Shown here: piece by piece, positions 42,968-51,608 of the stretch
Position numbering within the stretch: the first letter of the stretch is position 1
How the letters are laid out: the number at the start of each line of letters is the position of its first letter
Sequence record: MT612988.1
DNA length: 64,000 nt
Direction: 5' to 3' (one strand)
The notes under the pieces: generated by a model
Database searches by the model: none
Told to the model about the DNA's origin: nothing
Seen by the model: only the letters and a program-made list of their open reading frames with translations
Translations under genes and position numbers: made by a program

Positions 42968-45661
42968 ATGTACGAAAGACTTAAACGTGACGGCGATTGG
43001 CTATTAATCTTTCGCCATGATTCAACAGGAGGTGTGTTTTTCACCTCCGATGCTGAAGCACGCAGCGTCGGGACAGATCCCGACGTTGAACAAAAATTCA
43101 GTGCGTTGAACTCACTTGAGGAATTTCGCCGTGAAGACGGAAAATTCCAATTCAAGCTTCATTACCCTGAATTAGATGTAACAAACATCTGGAAGCAAAG
43201 TAGTAACTTTGCAGCTATTGATGTAGGTCAATATCTTACAAACGGTAACTTAGCGGGTGGGGAATACGTCACTGAACAAAATGCAAAAATCGGCTCTTGG
43301 GTTATTGTTGAGAAAGAAAACCCAGGGTCATCAAAATACGTTGTAGAACAACCAACTGCGGCACTCGAAGATCAATTGCGATTTCAAGTGCCACAATCGC
43401 GTTTAAAACCAAACAAAACATACACATTGTCATGTTGGGTTGGGTATGAAATAGACGCTGATCACGACACAGCAGCTATATTTCACGCTCGTTGGTATGA
43501 CGGTTCCAATAATGATTATACATTAGGCGAACATACTGCGGGTGACGTGTTCGAATCAGCAGGAAACGAAATAATAGTTGACGGGATTCTTTGGAAACGT
43601 CACTATGCTCGTTTCACAACGCCTAGTACTCTTTCATCAAGTAGCATGTACTGGTATTGTTGTTATACAACTGATACAGGTAAATTACCAACAGGTAAGC
43701 GTTGGCTTACAAACTTCATGATCACAGACTCGCAAATCGTCAAAAACTATACTGGCGATTACGACGCTACAACTCGCGGCGTTAGAGGCTATGAACCGAT
43801 TTACATCGAAAGCACTGCAAATGATTGGGGTGGAATAGAATATAGTGTTTCAGCCAGTACGTTAGCAGACGGTTCAGTTGACATATCAAATTGGTATTGG
43901 GCTATCGGTGCGAAACGTTCTTGGCCAGACGGGGCTACTACATTCCCGGGACCGGGTATAAACGTCAATCAAGCTGAATTGTGGGTATATGCTCCTGTTG
44001 GTTCTAGAATCGGTGAATATGAAGTGTCAGCTAGGCATATCAGAGATTTTTCAAACAATAATATCAGACTGTTAGCAACAGGTGTCGCGAACGGAAGTTC
44101 AAACCTAGCATCATGTTATATAAACGATGTTAGCGTATTTACACCCGAAGCTAAACAACAATATCAAGTTCGTTTGATTATATTCAACGACGATATGACA
44201 GTCAAAACTAATAGAAAATATCTTCTGAGTAGTTCAACAGAACGTAGCAACTTCATCAACGGTCTGAACGGGTTGACAACAGAGCCGTTTGTTATTTTAT
44301 CAAATGGGTCAATGTACGCAGATTCTGCGGTAGATGCTGCAATTCAACAGTATCACCCGATTGAGTATCGCGGTAGCTCTTACTTCAGTCAATACAGTTA
44401 TAGTTACTGTGCATTCGGGACAGGTCAATTAGGTATTGTATATGATCGTTGTATGTTCGACCATGAATCTGACGGTGACAGTGTTGTTGATACTGCATTC
44501 GAAGATAAAGCAGGGATTGGTTCAAACGGGTACGGAATTCCTTTACTCGAAACAATGACTGTTCCTACTGATAAACGTTATCTTCTTTCAGATTATGGTG
44601 TAATCGACGGACAGTACTTGATTTACAAAGCTCGTGCATGTATTGATCGAAATTCAGCAATCGCGAATGCAGACAAAATGGCGAATCTTCGATTCTACAA
44701 CGTAGTTGGCGATGAAGTAGGCAGACAGAATATTCATTTTTACAGTGCAGAGAAAAAAGAAACTCAAGAATTTTTCGTACAAGTACCAACAGGTGCAGTT
44801 AAATTTGGAGTTTGGTCTGACTTACAACCAGAGTACTTTGATTACGTCATATTGACTAAAGGCGGAATGTCAACCCCGAGTGGTATACCTCATATGATTT
44901 CGAACATAAACGGTATCGCTGCTCAAGAGATTGTCAATTCACCGATTACAGGTAACGTAGTTGATGACGATAGCTGGTGGCGAGCATATAACGCAGATTC
45001 AAACTTGTATGCAGGTATTAATATGCCAGTACAAGAAATTGACAACGTTCAATGGGGTAATTATGTACTTTCAGGCGGTGAAAAGTGTTTCACACGTACA
45101 GCAGGCTCATCATCTCCAATTGAAATGCAAGAAGTATCAATCGATCCATCTCGACCGTATTTCCTATCATTGTGGGTTAATGCTATCGACAAACAAAATA
45201 GCTTCTTATACTTCAGTGTACGAGTCAAAAATTCAACAGGTGATTATAGAACTCTGAGATTGTCAGACGGTAGCAGAACATCTACATATATCAATATTGA
45301 TAGAGTGTATGGGTTCCCTGCATCAAATAATCAGTGGATATTGCTACAAGGGTATATTTTACCACACGATTGGACTGATGCACAACATCAAGCGTTTGCT
45401 GATAAGTTTAACAACTATTTCGGTGTTATAAACCCTGAAGATGATCCAAGTTACCAAACGTCAAAGGGTGTTGGTTACTATACAACAGATGCAGACAAGT
45501 CATTTAGATGGAATAGTGATGATGATAAGTTGATACTTCGATATAAAGACGAAACAGCCGTTGAGAATCAAGTAATGTGGGCTTTCCCAATTGTTACTGA
45601 AGTCAATGTTGCTAGTTCGTTTGAAGACAACTTCACTGCAATCGACTTTGCAATGAAATAA
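42968..45661 (+). CDS. 35: gp35-position tail fiber hinge protein, 897 aa, multi-domain
   Basis: Follows gp34; fibrinogen-like segments, beta-sandwich inserts. Confidence 0.65.
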   Translation: MYERLKRDGDWLLIFRHDSTGGVFFTSDAEARSVGTDPDVEQKFSALNSLEEFRREDGKFQFKLHYPELDVTNIWKQSSNFAAIDVGQYLTNGNLAGGEYVTEQNAKIGSWVIVEKENPGSSKYVVEQPTAALEDQLRFQVPQSRLKPNKTYTLSCWVGYEIDADHDTAAIFHARWYDGSNNDYTLGEHTAGDVFESAGNEIIVDGILWKRHYARFTTPSTLSSSSMYWYCCYTTDTGKLPTGKRWLTNFMITDSQIVKNYTGDYDATTRGVRGYEPIYIESTANDWGGIEYSVSASTLADGSVDISNWYWAIGAKRSWPDGATTFPGPGINVNQAELWVYAPVGSRIGEYEVSARHIRDFSNNNIRLLATGVANGSSNLASCYINDVSVFTPEAKQQYQVRLIIFNDDMTVKTNRKYLLSSSTERSNFINGLNGLTTEPFVILSNGSMYADSAVDAAIQQYHPIEYRGSSYFSQYSYSYCAFGTGQLGIVYDRCMFDHESDGDSVVDTAFEDKAGIGSNGYGIPLLETMTVPTDKRYLLSDYGVIDGQYLIYKARACIDRNSAIANADKMANLRFYNVVGDEVGRQNIHFYSAEKKETQEFFVQVPTGAVKFGVWSDLQPEYFDYVILTKGGMSTPSGIPHMISNINGIAAQEIVNSPITGNVVDDDSWWRAYNADSNLYAGINMPVQEIDNVQWGNYVLSGGEKCFTRTAGSSSPIEMQEVSIDPSRPYFLSLWVNAIDKQNSFLYFSVRVKNSTGDYRTLRLSDGSRTSTYINIDRVYGFPASNNQWILLQGYILPHDWTDAQHQAFADKFNNYFGVINPEDDPSYQTSKGVGYYTTDADKSFRWNSDDDKLILRYKDETAVENQVMWAFPIVTEVNVASSFEDNFTAIDFAMK

Positions 45662-45684
45662 AAGAGCCCTTCGGGGCTTTTTTT
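45661..45684 (+). terminator. Terminator after gp35
   Basis: agccc-ttcg-gggct followed by a T-run. Confidence 0.9.
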
Positions 45685-45709
45685 ATACGCGAAGCGAAAA
45701 CGGTAAGAG

Positions 45710-45779
45710 GCGGAAAAATTCCGTCTCATCTTAGTAGTATTAGTGCTTTTAGTGATATTAGAAGTATTAGAGGGATTAG
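45710..45779. repeat. Iteron element, copy 2 (inverted), upstream of uvsY
   Basis: 45710-45770 matches copy 1 at 60/61; a sixth in-phase unit (ctaatccct on the minus strand) lies at 45771-45779. Confidence 0.95.
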
Positions 45780-45780
45780 T

Positions 45781-45810
45781 GTTTAAGCAACCAATGATGA
45801 AATGTATACT
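45781..45810 (+). promoter_or_regulatory. GTTTAA-18-TATACT promoter for uvsY
   Basis: gtttaa gcaaccaatgatgaaatg tatact; GAGG SD. Confidence 0.65.
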
Positions 45811-45828
45811 TGATGACGCGAGGTTATT

Positions 45829-46242
45829 ATGAAGCTACAAGATTTAAAAATTGAATATCACGAAGACGTGAAAATTGACACAACTGCTTTAGAAACAGCA
45901 GCTATTCGAATTCCCGTTCTTCATGCGAAGTGGCTTGCATACCGAGCCGATGCAAGACAACTACTTATCAAAGCTGAAATGAAAATGGAAGCTGTGAGAA
46001 AAGACCGCTGGCTCTTTTATAGCGGCAAACATGACGATGAAGTTTGTGATTTCATCGTAGAAAAGAGTGAAATGAAATATGCTCTTGCGGGTGATGAATA
46101 TCTTCAACGTGCAATTGCTACTTTTCAACACATGAAAGATGTGTTATCATTCATCGAAGAAGCTTTGAAAGGCATTAGTCAAATGGGCTTCACAATCAAA
46201 CACATTATTGACAACAGAAAAATTGAGAGTGGTATAGTATGA
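45829..46242 (+). CDS. uvsY: Recombination mediator UvsY
   Basis: IPVLHAKWL, YSGK, KSEMK...LAGD, MGFTIKHII. Confidence 0.92.
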   Translation: MKLQDLKIEYHEDVKIDTTALETAAIRIPVLHAKWLAYRADARQLLIKAEMKMEAVRKDRWLFYSGKHDDEVCDFIVEKSEMKYALAGDEYLQRAIATFQHMKDVLSFIEEALKGISQMGFTIKHIIDNRKIESGIV

Positions 46243-46652
46243 TCATCGAAACAATTAAAACAACACGCCTACAAGCTCGTAAAGACCGTAACAACGCAGT
46301 TGCGTCTGTACTCGGTGTCATTATGGGTGAACTTGACCGTCGTCAAAAACACGATGATGAGTCTTGCATCAAAGTAATCTCAAGCGCGATTGACAACAAC
46401 AAACTTGCTCTTGAACACGCACAAGGCGACCATGTAGACATTCTGAACGCAGAAAACGCAGTTCTTGAGTCTCTACTACCTGCAAAAATCTCTGAATCAG
46501 ATCTAGACACGTTCGTTTCTAACTTTGTTCTAGAAACTGGTGCTGATTCTATGCGTGACATGGGTAAACTAATGGGCGCTCTAAAAGCTACAGGTAAAGT
46601 TTTCGATGGTGGTAAAGCGTCTCAGTTGTTCAAACTAGCAATCGGTCTGTAA
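46239..46652 (+). CDS. GatB/YqeY-domain protein
   Basis: ARKDR...LGVIMGEL, E..VLESLLP..ISE, MRDMGKLMGALK...DG. Confidence 0.85.
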   Translation: MIIETIKTTRLQARKDRNNAVASVLGVIMGELDRRQKHDDESCIKVISSAIDNNKLALEHAQGDHVDILNAENAVLESLLPAKISESDLDTFVSNFVLETGADSMRDMGKLMGALKATGKVFDGGKASQLFKLAIGL

Positions 46653-46653
46653 T

Positions 46654-46818
46654 ATGCAGACTGATTACATTAAATACAAAGTAGTGCATGGCAATAATTC
46701 AAGAACTTTTGAAGAAGAAGTGCAGAAACTACTTAACGAGGGATGGGAACTTCATGGCTCTTTACAAGTCGATGGGTTTTATCTCTATCAATCACTTATA
46801 AAAAAGGGGTTAGACTAA
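46654..46818 (+). CDS. 54-aa DUF1737-like protein missed by the ORF track
   Basis: MQTDYIKYKVVHGNNSRTFEEEVQKLLNEGWELHGSLQVDGFYLYQSLIKKGLD. Confidence 0.65.
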   Translation: MQTDYIKYKVVHGNNSRTFEEEVQKLLNEGWELHGSLQVDGFYLYQSLIKKGLD

Positions 46819-46988
46819 TGGCACATTGTGTTGTATGTAAACAACCTATTAAAGAAGGCGATGTCACTATTGATACGCCACAAGGCACAGTTCACGCAGG
46901 TCAATGTCAGCAACATTTATCAGAAATGTCTATTTCTGAGTCTGGTGGCGAAACGCAACTTGTAGAAACACAACTACTAAACGGGTAA
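46818..46988 (+). CDS. UvsY.-2-like zinc-binding protein, 56 aa (start ATG 46818)
   Basis: CVVCKQPI...TPQGTVHAGQC...SES...ETQLL resembles T4 UvsY.-2 (from recall). Confidence 0.8.
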   Translation: MAHCVVCKQPIKEGDVTIDTPQGTVHAGQCQQHLSEMSISESGGETQLVETQLLNG

Positions 46989-46992
46989 AGAT

Positions 46993-47103
46993 ATGAGTAA
47001 GAATCGTAAACGAGATCGCGGGTTCTTCGACTGGCTATGGGCGCCATTTGAATTATTTTTTGAGTTAATCGGTGCGATTCTCTCAGCAATCTTTTCAGAC
47101 TAA
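46993..47103 (+). CDS. 36-aa amphipathic/membrane peptide missed by the ORF track
   Basis: MSKNRKRDRGFFDWLWAPFELFFELIGAILSAIFSD; stops just before the terminator. Confidence 0.55.
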   Translation: MSKNRKRDRGFFDWLWAPFELFFELIGAILSAIFSD

Positions 47104-47104
47104 T

Positions 47105-47133
47105 AAAAAAAGGGAGCAAATTGCTCCCTTTTT
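47105..47133. terminator. Bidirectional terminator
   Basis: Same 26-mer as 6359-6384; lies between convergent genes. Confidence 0.9.
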
Positions 47134-47138
47134 CGTAT

Positions 47139-48671
47139 CTATGCGGCAAGATCTACTTTCTTGACTGCGTATTTGAACTCTTCTTGGTTGTAAAGCTCAA
47201 TACGTTGCATACCATGCTTCATAGTATAATTTACGTGAGTGTACGGCTTCTTAGCGTTCTTGCGTTTCGGCTTGATTGCTAAGTTGTCGATAATATCAAA
47301 CAGCTTCGCAGTTACCTTCGAACCGTGCTTACGTAGAATACGACCAATCGACTGTAAGTTGATGATCTTGCTCTTCGTTGGGTGCGCAAAGATTACATTG
47401 TGCAGTTTCTTGATACTGATACCAGTAGAAAACACACCATACGATGCTACGATAATAGCCCCGTCAATATCTTCTGCAATCTTCTTCACATGCGTACGGT
47501 CGTCTGTTTTAGTCTCACCAGATACGTAGAACACTTTCTCTGGGTCATATACGCTCTTCAATGCTTCGTAAAGCAATTTACCGTGTTTGATGTTCTTGAA
47601 CAGCAATAGCGTGTTTTCGCCTTTCTTCGCGCTCAAGTGATGCGCAAGCTTAATCAAGTAACGATTTCGCTGCTTGTTCTCAAGAATGAATTTCATTTCT
47701 TCTTGATATGAACTGCCCTTCATTTCATCACGTAACGGCTGTGGGTATTCAAGCATTAAACAGTTTATCTTCAGATCTGTTACTTGCCCTTCTTCCATTA
47801 GCTGTGCAGTCGAAACAGGTCGGAAAATATCACCGAATGAACCAACGTACTGTAGAATATTCGCTTTACCGTCTCGAAGTGAGCCAGTAAGACCGATTTT
47901 GTATTCACAGTTTGTCATTTTCTTGATGATGCCGTCTAATGACTTACCTGTTGCTAAGTGACACTCATCGACTAAAAGCATACCGAATTGGTCAAACCAT
48001 TCTTTCGGTTGTTTTACAGCAGATTGCCATGTAGATACAACGATTCGGCAGTCACCGATTGCGTCTCGATCAACCCCACCACGAATCTGATAAATGTCGT
48101 TGTGTTCGAATAAACGATAATCTAAGAAGTCATCGCGCATTTGCTGGACAAGTGCAGTTGTAGGTACAATCACTAATACTTTCTGAAGTTCGTGCTCTTC
48201 TTGTGCTAAGAACCATTTAGTAATCAGCGACTGAATTAATGATTTACCCGCAGATGTTGGTAGATTCAATAGACTGTGTTGGTTGTTAATTCCGTGAAAC
48301 ACAGAGTCCATCTGATACCAATACGGTGAAATCTTATTCGACCCTGAGTAGATGTCAATAGACTCAACCCATGCTTCGAAATCTTCACGAGAAATTTTCT
48401 CAATCGGATCTAGCATTGGATCGGTTTCAATCGTATACATCATATTTGATGCAAACGCTTTAGCTTGTCCGACTAGACCGTATGGTAATAGACCTTGATA
48501 CGTCATTAGTCGAATTTTGCCATCCCAAATGCCCATTTTAAATTTCGGGTTAAATTTGTACCCATCTGTTAGAAATGAGAAATAGTCAATCATTTCGTGA
48601 GTGATGCTTGGCTCGGCTACGACTCTCGCATAACTCTCATCGTGGTACTCAATTTTAATGTCACATGTCAT
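47139..48671 (-). CDS. uvsW: SF2 DNA helicase UvsW (start ATG 48671)
   Basis: LPTSAGKS, VDECH, LTGS, QSIGRILR. Confidence 0.96.
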   Translation of the reverse strand: MTCDIKIEYHDESYARVVAEPSITHEMIDYFSFLTDGYKFNPKFKMGIWDGKIRLMTYQGLLPYGLVGQAKAFASNMMYTIETDPMLDPIEKISREDFEAWVESIDIYSGSNKISPYWYQMDSVFHGINNQHSLLNLPTSAGKSLIQSLITKWFLAQEEHELQKVLVIVPTTALVQQMRDDFLDYRLFEHNDIYQIRGGVDRDAIGDCRIVVSTWQSAVKQPKEWFDQFGMLLVDECHLATGKSLDGIIKKMTNCEYKIGLTGSLRDGKANILQYVGSFGDIFRPVSTAQLMEEGQVTDLKINCLMLEYPQPLRDEMKGSSYQEEMKFILENKQRNRYLIKLAHHLSAKKGENTLLLFKNIKHGKLLYEALKSVYDPEKVFYVSGETKTDDRTHVKKIAEDIDGAIIVASYGVFSTGISIKKLHNVIFAHPTKSKIINLQSIGRILRKHGSKVTAKLFDIIDNLAIKPKRKNAKKPYTHVNYTMKHGMQRIELYNQEEFKYAVKKVDLAA

Positions 48672-48696
48672 GATTTTTCTCTCTATGCGAGTTTTG

Positions 48697-48722
48697 TCTA
48701 AATATGTATAACTGTATTTATA
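48697..48722. promoter_or_regulatory. Overlapping divergent late promoters: TCTAAATA (+, 48697-48704) and TATAAATA (-, 48715-48722)
   Basis: Motifs lie in the uvsW / 48736 intergenic region. Confidence 0.7.
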
Positions 48723-48735
48723 GAGGTCTAAATTC

Positions 48736-48945
48736 ATGACAAGAGACGAAATGTTTTACAAGATGAAAGATGGTTGCTTTAAGTTTGAGCATAAAGGCAA
48801 GAAATATCACGCGACTTTATGCAAGCATTATCTACCACATCTTGATTGCAATCGAGAAGAACAACGTAAAAATGAAAACGGTGCAGATAATGAACTTACA
48901 TTTTTCGATTTAAATCGAAATGTGTGGGTAACAATTGAATGCTAA
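48736..48945 (+). CDS. Small WYL_2/SH3-like hypothetical protein
   Basis: FKF..K...HATL...LP...FFDL...W pattern. Confidence 0.45.
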   Translation: MTRDEMFYKMKDGCFKFEHKGKKYHATLCKHYLPHLDCNREEQRKNENGADNELTFFDLNRNVWVTIEC

Positions 48946-48954
48946 GGTAAAACT

Positions 48955-49467
48955 ATGATTAAAGAATATCTAAAGAAACAAACCAAGCGCGTAGTTGCAG
49001 AATTTGCAAAAGAGTACTACGACATCGAACTTGATAAATCGCTGACTAAAAGCAAGATGATCGACGAGTTATTCACACACGAGCTACGCGAGGTTAAAGA
49101 ACTACCACTAGAATGCTCTGTAATCGAGTCTGAGACGCGCTGTGAATCAGTCGATGAATCGGACGCGATTGTAGTCAAAGAGCTTTCAGACGACGTTAAG
49201 AAAGAATTAGAAGGTGTTTCTGCTAATGCCCCTTTAGGTGATGAAAACGTAACATTAGTAATCAAGGACGAATTCAAGCCTAAATGGATGCCTACTTATC
49301 GCCGTGGTGATGAGCTATATCAGCCAGTTGCGCATGATGTGATTCATGATTGGAATATAGGTCGACGCGACTCTCACGAATTGAAGACGATTGAATATTG
49401 GGTTAAGCGAAATGGTCATCTTTTAGTTCACGACCGTCTTTCGAACAGCTTCATTTATCTGAGGTAA
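48955..49467 (+). CDS. Inh-like paralog
   Basis: EFAKEYYDIELD..LTKSKM matches 54288-54782; similar C-terminus. Confidence 0.7.
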   Translation: MIKEYLKKQTKRVVAEFAKEYYDIELDKSLTKSKMIDELFTHELREVKELPLECSVIESETRCESVDESDAIVVKELSDDVKKELEGVSANAPLGDENVTLVIKDEFKPKWMPTYRRGDELYQPVAHDVIHDWNIGRRDSHELKTIEYWVKRNGHLLVHDRLSNSFIYLR

Positions 49468-49470
49468 TTT

Positions 49471-49959
49471 ATGTTACGATTTAATGAATATGAAAACACG
49501 CTTTACGGTATCGAACTGAGTTTATCACTTGAAGAGGGGTGGGGTAATCATAACCTAGCCAAACTAATCCCTGAGCCGAAAATCGATGAGTTACTAGAAA
49601 CGAAACCGAAGCACCCGTGGAAGATTGCTGCGAATGCTGCTCAATACCAGAACTTGCTCTTCAATATTGATTCAAGTCGAATCGTATTCAAGAACACTGT
49701 ATATCAAGTTGCGTATCTAGGTAACTTATACCCGCCAGAAGAAGTCGGTAAACCTGAAGGTGGGTATAAGTTCGCAGTTAAAAAGTCGATTTATCACTCA
49801 CACCCTAGTAGTGAATTTTATTCAGGGAAAAACCCAAAAGACCCTAAGTTAAATGATACTATTTCATTGGTCTGGTGGTTTCAGAGAGGTACAATCGTAT
49901 TCGACTTATGGAAGCATAGCGAATATGATGAAAAACTTGAGAGATGGCGAAGAAAGTAG
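49471..49959 (+). CDS. Hypothetical late protein with CTS-like N-terminus
   Basis: MLRFNEYE...LEE|G; GAGG SD; in the late unit. Confidence 0.7.
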   Translation: MLRFNEYENTLYGIELSLSLEEGWGNHNLAKLIPEPKIDELLETKPKHPWKIAANAAQYQNLLFNIDSSRIVFKNTVYQVAYLGNLYPPEEVGKPEGGYKFAVKKSIYHSHPSSEFYSGKNPKDPKLNDTISLVWWFQRGTIVFDLWKHSEYDEKLERWRRK

Positions 49960-49988
49960 TTGACAACTCAAATGTTTTTGCTTATTAT
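49960..49988 (+). promoter_or_regulatory. Early promoter TTGACA-17-TATTAT
   Basis: Exact spacing; AAGAGAG RBS downstream. Confidence 0.8.
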
Positions 49989-50025
49989 AGTCATCGTTAA
50001 CACAACATAACTAAGAGAGCAGAAT

Positions 50026-50292
50026 ATGAACAAACTCGAAACAGCTTTTGCTGAACATAACGCTGTACAAGTTCCTGTTGAAAAACCTAGAGAGTTTTAT
50101 ACACCGTGTGGCGTTAAATTCACAACTGAACCGATGTTTAATACTGCAACTGGTAAATATGACAGTATTTTATATTCATTTGATACTGGTGAAAAAATAA
50201 TTGTTGACGATGAACTTGACAGCTTTCATGAAGCATATCAAGAATTCACTGGCAAGACATTCATGGCTATTCAAGAGCCAATCGTAATTTAA
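50026..50292 (+). CDS. Hypothetical early protein
   Basis: 88-aa ORF. Confidence 0.75.
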   Translation: MNKLETAFAEHNAVQVPVEKPREFYTPCGVKFTTEPMFNTATGKYDSILYSFDTGEKIIVDDELDSFHEAYQEFTGKTFMAIQEPIVI

Positions 50293-50307
50293 TGAGAGAA
50301 ATATATT

Positions 50308-50934
50308 ATGAAAGATTTAGACATCGTACGTAAAGCACTTGCAACTAACGAGTCACCTAAGCGTCGTAACTTCCGCAAAGCAGTAATTCAATTGCTTGAA
50401 AAGCGTGACTTGACAGTTGCAGAGATTGTATATTCACTTAATGGTGGTGAATATGATGAGCGTCTTCGTCGTCGTGTTCAAGCTAACGTTCAGAATGCAC
50501 CTGAAATCATGGTCACTCGATTCGAAACGTTCGGTCACACCGAGATTCCTGTATACACGTTGAAAGGTGACGGTAAATTAGAAGTACTCATGCCAAAACG
50601 CGAGTCGCCACGTAAGCCTGTATTAGGGATGGAATCTCTATTGACACGTGTTCTCAATCTTGGTCTGGGGCGTGCAGTAGCTGTTGCGGGTCCACAAGCG
50701 GTTGATGCATTTAAAAAACTTGAACCGAAACAGCAAGCTCGTTATATTTCAACGCTTGCATTGTCAGATCACGCACGTTCTATTCTTACGCTTGTACATA
50801 GCGCGAACTTGTCAAAAGAGCAGTTGAAAGAACTGAACGTTAAACAACTTGTTCGTCAGAATGCATCGTATGTTGTAGCGAAACTACACGGTTCAACTGC
50901 GTTTTTCGACAATATCAAATCAGTATACGGTTAA
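50308..50934 (+). CDS. Early protein with possible N-terminal winged-HTH
   Basis: AVIQLLEKRDLTVAEIVYSL...RRRVQANV pattern; 208 aa. Confidence 0.55.
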   Translation: MKDLDIVRKALATNESPKRRNFRKAVIQLLEKRDLTVAEIVYSLNGGEYDERLRRRVQANVQNAPEIMVTRFETFGHTEIPVYTLKGDGKLEVLMPKRESPRKPVLGMESLLTRVLNLGLGRAVAVAGPQAVDAFKKLEPKQQARYISTLALSDHARSILTLVHSANLSKEQLKELNVKQLVRQNASYVVAKLHGSTAFFDNIKSVYG

Positions 50935-50946
50935 ATTAAACAATTT

Positions 50947-50974
50947 AAAAGGGTGACTTCGGTCGCCCTTTTTT
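50947..50974 (+). terminator. Terminator
   Basis: gggtgac-ttcg-gtcgccc followed by T6. Confidence 0.9.
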
Positions 50975-50982
50975 CGTTTGCG

Positions 50983-50990
50983 TCTAAATA
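50983..50990 (+). promoter_or_regulatory. Late promoter TCTAAATA
   Basis: Directly after the terminator, 22 nt before ATG 51013. Confidence 0.75.
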
Positions 50991-51012
50991 ATAGTAAACA
51001 AAGGGGTTAACA

Positions 51013-51606
51013 ATGATAGAATTTTTAACAGAAATGGACAAAGCTAAACAAACCGGTAGATGGGCTCAATTTAAAGCAGCAACATCGGGTTCGAAAGGTG
51101 AAGTTAAAAAGCGTATGCAGCGCAAAGGTGGCTTCTGGGGTGTGTTTGCAGGTTTGATCGCGAGTGCGACAGCATCGGGTGAACTTAGAAAGCACAATAA
51201 GTCACTAGAAGACCATAAGCTAAGAATGGAGCGTGCAGCAGTGAACACAATTCACAGTCTGAATGTTCTTAAAGACGTAATCGAGCTTGAACGTCCTCGT
51301 GACGAAGTAATGAAAGCTGCAAAGCGTTTAAAGCTTGATAACATGGAAATGAAGAAATACGCAACCGAAATGATTCGTGTCGTAGATGAATACAAGCGTG
51401 TTCATGACGAAGATAAGAAGGCAGGTGCGTTTCGTTTTAATGTGAAAGAATACGACCGTCATGATTTTCGTGAGATTTACCATCACTTGAACATGATTGA
51501 AGATAGCACATTTTACGTCGATAAAGCAGCGTCATCGGCTATGACTGGCGATACTGAATACGCAATTCGTATGATTCGCAATATTACAAACGCAGCAACG
51601 AGGTAA
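51013..51606 (+). CDS. Hypothetical late helical protein with CTS-like N-terminus (MIEFLTE)
   Basis: FLTE is the sequence preceding the T4 gp23 cleavage site; late promoter. Confidence 0.75.
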   Translation: MIEFLTEMDKAKQTGRWAQFKAATSGSKGEVKKRMQRKGGFWGVFAGLIASATASGELRKHNKSLEDHKLRMERAAVNTIHSLNVLKDVIELERPRDEVMKAAKRLKLDNMEMKKYATEMIRVVDEYKRVHDEDKKAGAFRFNVKEYDRHDFREIYHHLNMIEDSTFYVDKAASSAMTGDTEYAIRMIRNITNAATR

Positions 51607-51608
51607 TA

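Noticed and set aside
46743-46817. Longer N-terminus for the UvsY.-2-like ORF given by the ORF track
   Set aside because: It overlaps the DUF1737-like ORF; ATG 46818 has a purine-rich RBS and matches the T4 protein length.
49471-49959. Weak DTISLVWW resemblance to the Inh/Hoc C-terminal domain
   Set aside because: Too short to support homology by eye.
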